A stretch of 64,000 nt of DNA from assembly GCF_009914755.1 (NCBI RefSeq), contig NC_060937.1. One strand, written 5' to 3'. The notes under the pieces are model-generated. The model was not told the origin of the DNA. It ran no database searches and saw only the letters and a program-made list of their open reading frames with translations. Positions 16,308 through 29,780 of this stretch are shown one piece after another. The DNA is from the human T2T-CHM13v2.0 reference genome, Homo sapiens. The translations under genes were made by a program, and so were the position numbers. Each line of letters begins with the position of its first letter. Positions within the stretch are counted from its first letter, which is position 1.

Positions 16308-16889
16308 CTGGAGAGGACACAGAGGCAACAAGGTCCAGAGACTTGCCTCAGGGTCACCTCAGGGGCCCTTCCAATCATGCTTCCCCCAGTCCCCGAAGCA
16401 TCTTCCAGCAGCCAACATGTTGGTGAATGGGGTCCTAAACCCTGCACTGCCCAGGAACTGTGCTGTGGAGTCTGGCCACGTTCCCTTATTGGGGCAGGCA
16501 TGAGGCAGTGACTAAAGTGTCCTAAAGCTCCCAGTGAAGGCTCTGAGATGGCTGGACCGCCCACTGCATCCTTGGCCCTACAGAAAGAGGGCTCCATGGA
16601 GCATGCACAGAAGCAGCAAGGGGCAGTGTGACACTGGGAGAGGTACTAAGGAGGGGGCGGCCTTCTGATCCACGCAAGGATTCTTAAGGACCTCCTGGCT
16701 CAAAACAATCACTTCCTCTCTTGCTGTGGTTCGTGGACAATGGAGTCCCAAAGGGAGGCCTTTCCTTGCAACCTCAAAGGGAGGAAAGCCTGCTTTCACA
16801 GCTGGCAGGGCCTGCGGACAGCCAGCCAGCTACCTGCACCAACTACCGTCCACCTGTCTCCCGTCACATCCCCCCCTCTACCCCCGAGT

Positions 16890-17900
16890 GGCTGGTCTGC
16901 GGCGCTTCGGACGTGCTCCTTGCCTTGCATTCACTCTCCCTCCCGCGCATTCAGTGGATGTGTCCCACGTGGAGAAGGCGAAGTTGGGAAGGGGCAGCCC
17001 TCGCGAAGGGCCACTTGGTCTGGGCACTTATTCACTGGGGTGGAATGGGATGGCAGCGGAGCAGGGGACAGCCTAGGCGAAAAGGCCGCCCGGGGGCAGC
17101 CCCTCCAGGTAACCCGTCCCGCGGCACGCCAGCATGGAGCACCAGGCCTGGCTGTCAGCGCGCGCGTCCGGCACGGAGCCCACACCCACCGGGAGGCGCG
17201 GCGGGAGGGCGCTCGGGGCCCGGCCCAGGGAGGGTGGTGCCCGCAGCCCGCTCGCCCCGGCCTTGGGCTCTGAAACTCATGCCCTGGAGCCCAGAGCAGA
17301 GGAGGGCGGCGGGCCCGGGCGGGCTACGGGGCCGGCGCCTCCCCCGCCCCCGTGGGTCGCGGCGTCTCCGGGGCACTGACCTGCCAGCCGCCTCTCCCGG
17401 ACGTTCTTCCACAGCAGATCCCAGGCTCTGGCCGTGGAGTCCCGCAACTGCTCACTGATGGATCTCCTGAGCTGCGTTTGGCAAGGTTTCCGTTTGCTGG
17501 TCATTTTAGATCCGTCCTCATAACGACCGGCGGGCTCTCCACCGCCACTCCCGCGTGGCCCGCGACTCAGACTCCCGGCGACTGGAAAGGACGGACGCGG
17601 CACTCCCGCCGGGGTCCCGGGACCCAATGCGGGCGCGACATGGGTCGGTCCGGCGCTGGGAGGCTGCGCCACGCGCGAGGACCGGGATGCCTGGCCACCA
17701 GAAACGCCGCGCTAGGTTATTAACCTCTGCGCTCGCCAACTCCTCTACTCCTTTCCCACTTTCCTTCTCCTCCCCTCCTCCCCTCCGTTGGGCGCTCCTC
17801 CACTCCCCTCCCTCCCCTGCCCTCCCCCTGGCTGCCTCGCGCCCCACTCCTTCCAGGAGCGCGCTTCCCCTTCCCTCCCTCGCCCAACCTGACAGCCTGG
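16890..17900. promoter_or_regulatory. CpG island / promoter of the minus-strand first exon
   Basis: Sharp rise in GC and CpG density. Contains GC boxes (e.g. CCCCGCCCC at ~17342) and a purine/pyrimidine-asymmetric tract at ~17745-17885 upstream of the exon. Confidence 0.9.
17381..17504 (-). CDS. STARD13: Alternative first coding exon (41 codons + 1 nt, phase 1) of a DLC-family RhoGAP, STARD13/DLC2
   Basis: ATG at 17504 has A at -3 (AAAATGA). The ORF reads MTSKRKPCQTQLRRSISEQLRDSTARAWDLLWKNVRERRLA and ends at a canonical CAG|GTCAGT donor inside a CpG island. The peptide resembles the recalled N-terminus of a DLC1 alternative isoform (...LRRSFSDHIRDSTARALDVIWKNTRDRRLA). Phase 1 fits splicing to the SAM-domain exon (EIEAKEAC...), which lies outside the window. 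Confidence 0.82.
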
Positions 17901-20789
17901 TCCCCACGGCCCCCCACTCAAGGAGCTTCCAGCTTCTTTTCCAGTTTTACCCAGAAATCAGGGGCTGGACCATACTCCTCCTATTTCTTGATACTTTCCT
18001 TTATTTTTCAGTTTCAGAAACTACCACCTTCACAACTACAACAACAACAAAAATTTATATATGCCACAGTGAGAGCATAACTCATCCCAGTTTCCCTAAA
18101 TTCAAGTTACTTGAAGTCAGCTACTCGGTTAGGTTGACATTCTTTTGATGTTCAATATTGGTGATCTGAACATTATGTTAATCCTTCCTGATTTCTTCAA
18201 TGAAATAATTATCTGGCTGCAAACTACAATTAAATTAATACGGTTTGAAGTGTCAAAATATTATTTCCATTGCATAGCCATTATGAGGAGAAAAATAACT
18301 TTAAAATATTCAGGTCAAACCATAAGGAACCTACCTAAAATAGATTTACATACTTTGAGAAAGCATTACAATCTGTATGCAGTGAAAGAAGTACGTATTA
18401 TGAAGAAGTGAAATATGAAAATAGAAGAATTTTAAGGTATTTTAGCCAAAAACGTAAAGTAGGCTTGTAGTTAGAAATTAACTCTGATTCCTGAAGGAAA
18501 GAAGGAAATGTATTGGCTCTTTAAGAAATACATCATCACTGAAGTCCAAGCCCACTTCCTGGACTTCAACTCATTCATAAGGAGAAGACAATACTGTCTC
18601 AGGCCTCGGGGTGTCCTGCAGTTCACAAAGTTTTGTTTCTGAAGTGCTTTGAGGTCTTCCAAGAAAGTAACTGTGACAACATTTAACTAATTCAGAGATG
18701 TGATTAATGCCTTACACCTCAGGTTTGGGGAGGGGAACAAATTTTTCAAAAGGAATTTCTGAATTATTGAATCTGCAAAATTGCTTGAATCTCATTTCTT
18801 TTTAAATGTCTTTGTACCCAGCTGCCACATAAGAACCAAAATTTAATCAGATATTCATTTTAATTCCAGGTGCTCCACAGGAAGTTTGAAAATTAAAAGT
18901 ATTCAGTCCTTCCTCTATTATATAAATTGCTACTGACTTAGGGAATGCAAACTAACCTCTACCTAAAGTATTCCCTCTACACTTCTGCTACACTTCTAGT
19001 AAATATTCCCTCCATCAGTTTATCTTGTTGGTAGAAAATGGGAATGACAGGGATGATGGTAAGAAATAGTCTTTATTGTCTTATTTTGTTACTTTAAATA
19101 TTTAAAAATGTTAACTAGTGAAACATACCTCAGAATGAGCTAGAAAGTAATGAGATACTTTTTTTGTAGAATCCTGGTAAATCTTTGAAATAGTCAGTTA
19201 TGAAGCAATAAGTCACGGATCAGAAACGGACTTGAAACTGTGACAGCCGGTTATATAGACTAATCCAGATTGCTTTCTGGACACAAGCCAAATACCCTTT
19301 TGATTCCATCCTCTGCTTTGTATGCATGCAGAGGTAACAAAATGCTCTGCAAAGAACAAGACTCCTGTTGTCTTAAAGTGGCTGCTATACAGTGTAACAA
19401 CAAAATGTTTATCAATTACATTCCCAGGAAAGCTGTATACTTGACTTTTAGAAGGGACCTCCTGTTGAATCAAACAGACGCAATAGTTTTAACATTATAT
19501 ACACGGGAACAGAACATAACCATTCAAGCTATTTCAGTGATCATTTAGCTCTCAAGAGCGTGGGCCCCTACTACTTTCTATTCTAGCACATATTTTATAT
19601 TCAGATGCCATTGATTAGGAGTTTTCCTTAAATGACTAATTTGAAGACTAAATTCTGGAATTGCACATTTGTTTAGTTCTGGCTGTTGGATGGCCCATGA
19701 ATTGAGGACTGTCCAAGAGAAGCCAGATGAAAGACGGAAATGATCTGCCTGGAACAGGTGCCGGCTGAGCAGTGTGTGCCACCCAGCATGGCCCAGCTCT
19801 CTGCCAGCCCCGGCTGCTGGCCCTGTTGGAAGAAACCACACAGCTGTGCAGATGGAGCCGCCACAAATGCCAAGTGTTCCAACCTCAACAGGAACCTCAG
19901 GGCTACTTGGAGTAATCTGTACAGCATCCGCTCTCATTCTCCCCAAGATCTGTTTCAAAGTTGAACCTTAGGTAGCATCCCCTGTGGGGCCTTCACCAGA
20001 TGAAAATATCACCTATTAGGAGAAAAGAACTCAGGTAACCCCCTAGCCCTACCTACCTTCTTGCTTACTGTCTTCCCTCCCATCGCAGCGGAAGAGGTGT
20101 TGCTCTTCCAGCCCGAGACCACGTCCCTCACCTGTGTTGGGCTTTCTTTCCCTTCTTGTCCCTACAGGTACTTTGCTACATTGGTTATTTCCTCTCCCTC
20201 ACATACCCTCAATCTCTGCCTCTCCACAGGCTCAACCCTCCAGTCTCACCCTGCTTTTAAATAAACCAAAACTAAAATAACAGCAGCCATCCTAAAGCCC
20301 ACTGCCTCTACCCTGTGTCCCTGGGAAGAGAAGTCTTTCCCTGTCAACACTGCAATCTGGGCTTCCTCCCTTCCTCAATGAACGTGATCTTGCCAAGGTC
20401 ACCAATAATCATCTGGTTGCTAAATCTAACAACGTGTTCCAGTTATTGTTGTCCTTTCCAGGGTGCATGGACCATTGGACACTGTAGCCCATTTCCTTCC
20501 TCTGACACAGGCTTGTCTCGTGGCTGTCAGGCGACACCCTCCCCTGGGTTCCTCCTTTTCACAGATGGCCTCACATGGTCCTTCTTAAGGCCTGACAGGC
20601 TATAGATAGAAAGTATATGTGGTTAAGAGTGTGGCTAAAGGCAGTGTCCCATTTGATTCTGCATATGTTTCTGCCTCTCAGTAGTACCTCCCTAGACGAT
20701 TGCATTGTGGATTAAATGAAATAATCCATTTGGCACATAGAAAAGACTTAACCTATGCTTCCAACAACAATACTATTATAATTACATTA

Positions 20790-21065
20790 CTGTCCTAGCC
20801 CAAATCTATCCTGAGCCCTTTCAAGAAGCCTTCCCTGACACCCAACCAAAATAGCTCCTTCTCACGGCATCCAGTTTAGTTTTCCTTATAGCGCTTCCAC
20901 TTCCAGACATTGTGTTTGTTTGTTTGTTTGTGGTTGGTCTCCCAGGCAGACTGTGAGCTCCATAAGAGCTGAGGCCCTGTCCGTCTTACTTGCTTGTGCA
21001 TCCTCAGTGCCTAAAACAGTCCCAGACAGTTATGATCAGTAAATACTTGCAGAGTAAATGAATGA
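20790..21065 (+). mobile_element. L2 3' end
   Basis: AAGCCTTCCCTGAC...GACTGTGAGCTCC...CAGTGCCTA...AAATGAATGA. Confidence 0.75.
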
Positions 21066-23569
21066 TTCTACTCTAGGGCCATGTATTGTTTCCCTTCCGG
21101 ATGGGTATCTCCAAAACTTTCCTTCCAAACCTGCTCTTTCATCTCTATTTCCTATGTGAGCCACCTGGTGCTACCACCCATCTAGTGACTGAGAGAGAAA
21201 TCTAGAAGACATCTGAAACACCTCCATACATCCTATGCTGCTTCAATCTTCCCCCACTTCTCTATCTCCTGAGTAACTGATTTAGTTCAGGTTTTCTCTT
21301 TCCCTTCCCTGAATTTCAGCATAAAAAGAGTCCCATTTGAAAGCTCTTGGTCTCACTGCACTCTACGTCTTTATACATTAGCTGTTCTTGAATGCCCTTA
21401 CCCTAATTTTTTTGTTCTTCACTCATCCTTCGAGATTCAACTCAGATGTACTCAGATGTCACCTCCTCCTTAATCCTTCTACAAATCCCAGTGGCTGGAT
21501 GGATTCCTCTTCCATTGTGTTTCTTCCATGCTTTGGGGATACTGCCGGAGGAGCACTTATCAAAGAGCCAGAGTTCAGTGTCCTTACCTGTTTCTTCTCA
21601 GCTGTCCCTGCAGTCCTGAGTTCCTCCAGGTAGGACTAGCACAGAACTTTTATTTCTCAACCTCTTGTACCTTTTTCAGTGAACAGCACATAGTAGGAGT
21701 AGGATCATTTACTGACTGAATGACTATTCCTATAGTTTTAAATGACTGGTTACCACTAGGATCTGCTCCTTAGTCTAAGTGTAAATTTTAAGGATGCTTA
21801 TGGTGATATTGCTTCATTCTCATTAATTATCACTCTTTTCTTATATAATATTTATTAATTTTAAATATACATACTGATAATTATAGTTTTTTAAACACAA
21901 AAATTGTAATAGAAACATTAAAAGTACCTGTAATATTACCAAAAAGAGAGCTGATAACATTTGAAAATTTTCCTTTTTATTTTTTTCCTTGCATATTAAA
22001 AAAACTTGGAAGAATTTTTATACCAAGTTTTTCATTTTTTTTCACTAAGCAGTAGATTGTGAGCATTTTTCCAATGTATTTTCTTTTAAAATGTAGTTTT
22101 TAATGAATATCTAAAATTCTGTGGGATAAACACACTATAATTTATTTTAAAGCTTTCACAATTTTGAATATTTTTCTCCAAATTTCTAAAATTACAAATA
22201 ATCCTGCGATAAATAACTTTGACAAATGAAAAGATATATATTTTTTTCTCCTTCTCTTACTGCTATGTAATAAGACCCATCACCATTGCCTCTCACAACC
22301 ACAGGCAATAAGCAGGACTTGCCACCCACCACCTACACATCTGAATGCCAACAACTCTGCAATTCCATTACATTTTTATCCCTTCCACTTCCCTCCCATG
22401 TTCAACTCTGATTCTGTGCCATCACCCCGTATGGAAGAGTGGAGAAGCACATTCCACGGTCTGCTTGCTGCGGTATTTTTTTGTTGGAACCCTTTGCTTG
22501 AGAATAGAGCCCAATTTCTAACTGTACCAGGCCAGGAATCCTTTGCCAAGAACCCATAGTCATGGTGCATTATTTCATGTTGCTTGCAGCTTTGCTGTGG
22601 GGAAATGCCTTCCTTGAGGAGACCCATTTTCCTTTGCTGCAGGGTAGAAGGGTGAAGAGCTCTCGCAACTCTCTCCCTGCAGCATGTTCCTTTCCCAGGA
22701 GAGATGGGATGTAGCAACTCTTCCTTTGGTGTATCCTTCGCTCCATTTCAGGGACATGCTGTTGGAGATTGTGAAATGCAATCTCATGTTACTTATTTCC
22801 TCATTTTAAAAGTGTTGCTGAAAGTTCTGGAGAAGCTGACTTTTCAAGCTGGGTCCTTGGATCACAGTCACCAATCTGTGCCTGCCCTGATTGGTCTATC
22901 TGTGTGTCCCATTGCCATGCTCTGAATCTGCCAGTCTTTGAATGCTAACAATTTTGATTGCTTTTCGGGTTTTGTTCTGTTAATTAAAAAAGCATCAGGC
23001 TCCACACTTTCTTGGAAGCAAAATTTAGTGTTAGCTGTAAGCTCTGCATTGCCAATTAATAACTTTGGCTGTGTTTCATATTTTCCTGATGTAGACTGGT
23101 AAATGCTTTGAATCTTCAGGCTCAATGTCATATCATAGTCATCAACTTTACAAATATCACAATTCCTTTCTATATTTTCATGTACACTTTGGGGGGACCA
23201 TGATTACCATATGGGAGACGTTGGGTAAGTGTCTTACAAATTTCTGATGGCATTCACAGGCCATTGGATTGAAGACGTTTCCAGTGATTGAAATCATCTT
23301 GACATCACTTGTGCTATCCTTCAGACTGTCTGTTTTATAAAGGTTGAGTAAGTAATTTAGCTTACCACACAACCTCGCATTAGCATATCGATTTAGGTAA
23401 TTTGTTATGACTGTCTTAGTATACATAGAGTAGTTTGAGACCTCAAACATACACTGTGAAGCATTCTTCCATTGCTACTGAGCTTCTTAAGGTCAATGAA
23501 CACATCATCTGAAGAGCAGTGAAAGCCCCAGTCCCCAGCTCCCATAGGCAGTACAGGGAAGTGGCTGAT

Positions 23570-23810
23570 GGCATAGACAGAGGAGGTAGCCAACTAGGTT
23601 CATACCATGGCTCCGCACCTACTAGCTGTGTAATCTCCATAAGTTACCCATTTTCTGAGTTCCTCAGCCTCAGCATCTATAAAATGGGGATTATAATAAT
23701 GCTTCCCTCATAGGATTTTTGGCAAGGATCAAATGCAATAATACATGCAAAATATTTAGAATGATGCCTGGCATATAATGAGCATGCATTACATTTTAAT
23801 TGCTATTGTT
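23570..23810 (+). mobile_element. MIR SINE
   Basis: CTAGCTGTGTAA...CTCAGCATCTATAAAATGGGGATTATAATA...TGCCTGGCATATAAT. Confidence 0.8.
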
Positions 23811-24775
23811 GTTGTTGCTACTATTTTGCCTAAACCATTTCTGCAATTCTCATGAGATTCCAGTCCAGCCAAATTCTGAATAGCCTCATGCTAAACAGCA
23901 AGAAGTCACTCATGAGAATTATAAACTAGCACTGGATGTGGGAGGTACGAGAATAGGATTCACATCTTAGCTCTGGGAATGATAAGGTGTAGGAGAGATA
24001 GAAGCTATTTAATATCCCTAAACATAGACTTCCTTATCTGTCAAATGCAGCAAAGAACTCTTTGTTCTACCTACCCTGCTCATACTTAAACTATATGTGA
24101 GAGTGTTTTATAATTCAAAGTGTCATCAAAATGAAAGGTATTGTAAATAATAGGAAAGTTTAGGGAAAATCTGCATATGGAGCAAGTACATTTCCTACTT
24201 GCATGCATAAAAAGATATTTATTCAACAAAGATCTGTATTCCTAGAGTGACACAGGTTTCTCCTGGTGGCCCTAGTTGTGCTCCAACTGCTGACATAAAT
24301 CAAGGCTGATTAAGTATGTTTACTGGTGTGGACACTTGAAAGGGGCTGGGACCCTTGTCACCTTCCATGGGGTAACCCTCCACTCCAATTATATTTATTC
24401 CACAAATATGTGTTCAACAAACCTTTGGCATCTCTAAAGACAGGCAGCATGTGTTCCACATTCTAGAGGAAAATCTTCTGGAGATATCTCAGTACTAACT
24501 CCCACCTTGTTAATTAATCTGTGTAGGTATGGCATTTTCTTTAGGAATTTCATCATTAATAAGACCTTGCTCTAGTTTAGCACTACCCAGGATAATGCGT
24601 CTTGTAAGCATTATTTAACATAACAAGCACATGAGGTCAGCAGCTACTCTTTAGAAAAACAAAACAAAACAGGCAGGGAAACAAATTCAGAAAAGTTATA
24701 TGATTTGATCAAGATCATCAGCTAATAAGTTGCGGAACCAAGACTCAAATGTTTACCATCCATCTTTAAATCCAG

Positions 24776-26801
<2,026 letters not shown>

Positions 26802-27286
26802 TCAGAGGCCATAGTATAATGGCCAAAGTTGTCCCTTTAACTTGATAGGCTATTTCCCCACTAGTTTGTAGAAATTTGGAGGTTGTCAGATAATATATTA
26901 TGATCAGTATAGAAATGTCTTCTCCATCAGCAATGAGATTAAACCTATTTCATTCTTTAAAGTAATCTAGAGTTACCTCACCTTATATTTAAATCTATCA
27001 TTAAGCCCTTGGAAAACGTCTGGTTATCTAAAATGATTTCTAAGACTGAGTGCATTTTAAGGGAATGATTACTTCAAAATAACTGGTCTCTGATTCTTTC
27101 AGATAAACAAGGGGTTATGAGGACACAGACTGGGTTCTGCCAATGTCCTGCAACATTTCCTTGTTATCAGTAACAGAACTCTTAGGAGTTTAAACAAAGT
27201 GTCTTTCAATTTATGACGTTTTAAAAATGGGGGAGCCTCAAGATGTAATTCCTCTTTCTTCAACAAAAATAGTTCAAAGGCAGTCG

Positions 27287-27583
<297 letters not shown>

Positions 27584-27715
27584 GGCAGTCGATTTTTTTA
27601 AATTTTAAGTGTCTTCCTGTTAGTGCCTTATGATCACATCGTTAGTAAAGGAGAGTTATTAGTTTTAAGAGTATCTGGGGCAATGGAAATTACTTTTATT
27701 ATTTAATATACATTT

Positions 27716-28059
27716 TCCTTCTGTGTAGACAGAAGGATTCCTTCTGTGTAGACAGAAGGAATCCTTCTGTGTAGACAGAAGGATTCCTTCTGTGTAGACA
27801 GAAGGATTCCTTCTGTGTAGACAGAAGGAATCCTTCTGTGTAGACAGAAGGATTCCTTCTGTGTAGACAGAAGGATTCCTTCTGTGTAGACAGAAGGAAT
27901 CCTTCTGTGTAGACAGAAGGAATCCTTCTGTGTAGACAGAAGGAATCCTTCTGTGTAGACAGAAGGAATCCTTCTGTGTAGACAGAAGGAATCCTTCTGT
28001 GTAGACAGAAGGATTCCTTCTGTGTAGACAGAAGGATTCCTTCTGTGTAGACAGAAGGA
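27716..28059. repeat. Minisatellite: 15 x 23-bp near-palindromic unit TCCTTCTGTGTAGACAGAAGGA(W)
   Basis: Counted directly: 15 identical 22-mers separated by a single T or A. Confidence 0.98.
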
Positions 28060-28092
28060 CATATTGTTGATCGTTGAACAATATAGGATTGA

Positions 28093-28620
<528 letters not shown>

Positions 28621-28845
28621 TAGTGAATATATCTTCTCTAACTTACTTTATTGAAAGAATATAATATACATGTAACATAACAAAACGTGTTAACCAATGG
28701 TTTATACTAATGATAAGGCTTCCAAATTAACAGTAGGCTATTCGTAGTTAAGTTTCTGGGGAGTCAAAAGTCATACTTGGATTTTAGACTGTAGCTCGGG
28801 GGAGTAGGAGGACCTGGTCCCCCTAACTCCTGCATTGTTCAATGA

Positions 28846-29225
28846 TGTATTAGTCCATACTCACACTGCTATAAAGAACTACCTGAGACTGGCTAATTTA
28901 TAAAGAAAAGAGGTTTAATTGACTCACAGTTCCACAGGCTGTACAGGAAGCATGGCTGGGAGGCCTCAGGGAACTTACAATTATGGCAAGAGGCAAAGGA
29001 GAAGCAAGCACATCTTACCATGGTGGAGAGGAGAAAGAGAGTGAAAGGGGAATTGCTACACACTTTTAAACAACCAGATCTCATGAGAACTCACTCACTA
29101 TCGTGAGAACAGCAAGGGGGAAATCCACCCCCATGATTCAATCACCTCCTACCAGGTACCCCCTAACACTGGGAATTACAATTCAACATGAGATTTGGGT
29201 GGGGACACAGAGCCAAACTATATCA
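28846..29225 (-). mobile_element. MSTA-like MaLR solo LTR
   Basis: TGTATTAGTCC...GAGATTTGGGTGGGGACACAGAGCCAAACTATATCA. Confidence 0.9.
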
Positions 29226-29382
29226 AAGGGTCAACTGCATTTACCTTCCATATGAGAAAATACTATATTTTCTATATCACTTCAGTAGTGGTCATTCACT
29301 GCTAATAATATATTTGTTGTAATTATTTTTATACATCATTTTGCAAGTACCATTTAAAATAAAAATGTCTGATATTACTTAG

Positions 29383-29780
29383 TGTGTTAGGCCATTTTTG
29401 TGTCACTATAAAGAAATACCTGAAGCTGGGTCATTTATAAAGAAAATAGATTTAATTAGCTCGTTGTTCTGCAGGCTGTACAAGCGAGGCACCAACATCT
29501 GCTTGGCTTCTGGTGAGGGCCTCAGGAAGCTTACAATCATGGTGGAAGGGGAAGGGGGCAGAAGGATCACATGGCAAGAGCAAGAGCAAGGGTGAGGGAC
29601 AACCAGCGCTTGTGTGAACTGACTGAGTGAGAACTCACTCATCACCAAAGAGATGGTGCTAAACTATTCATGAGTGATCCGTCCCCGTGATCCATTCACC
29701 TCCCACCAGGCTCCACCTCCAACACTGGGAATCACATTTCCACATAAGATTTGGAGGGGACAAACATCCAAACCATATCA
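29383..29780 (-). mobile_element. MSTB-like MaLR solo LTR
   Basis: TGTGTTAGGCC...CTTCTGGTGAGGGCCTCAGGAAGCTTACAATCATGG...CATCCAAACCATATCA. Confidence 0.88.

Noticed and set aside
17277-17672. 131-aa minus-strand ORF taken as a complete protein
   Set aside because: It starts at a GTG and reads through the splice donor. Only 17504-17381 looks like real coding sequence.
16721-18148. Long plus-strand ORFs (245, 177, 197 aa) across the CpG island
   Set aside because: GC-rich sequence is depleted of stop codons. The products are low-complexity R/P/G/A with no recognisable domain.
27716-28059. CRISPR-like array of palindromic repeats
   Set aside because: There are no unique spacers (only a 1-nt linker), no cas genes and the context is primate. 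It is a minisatellite.
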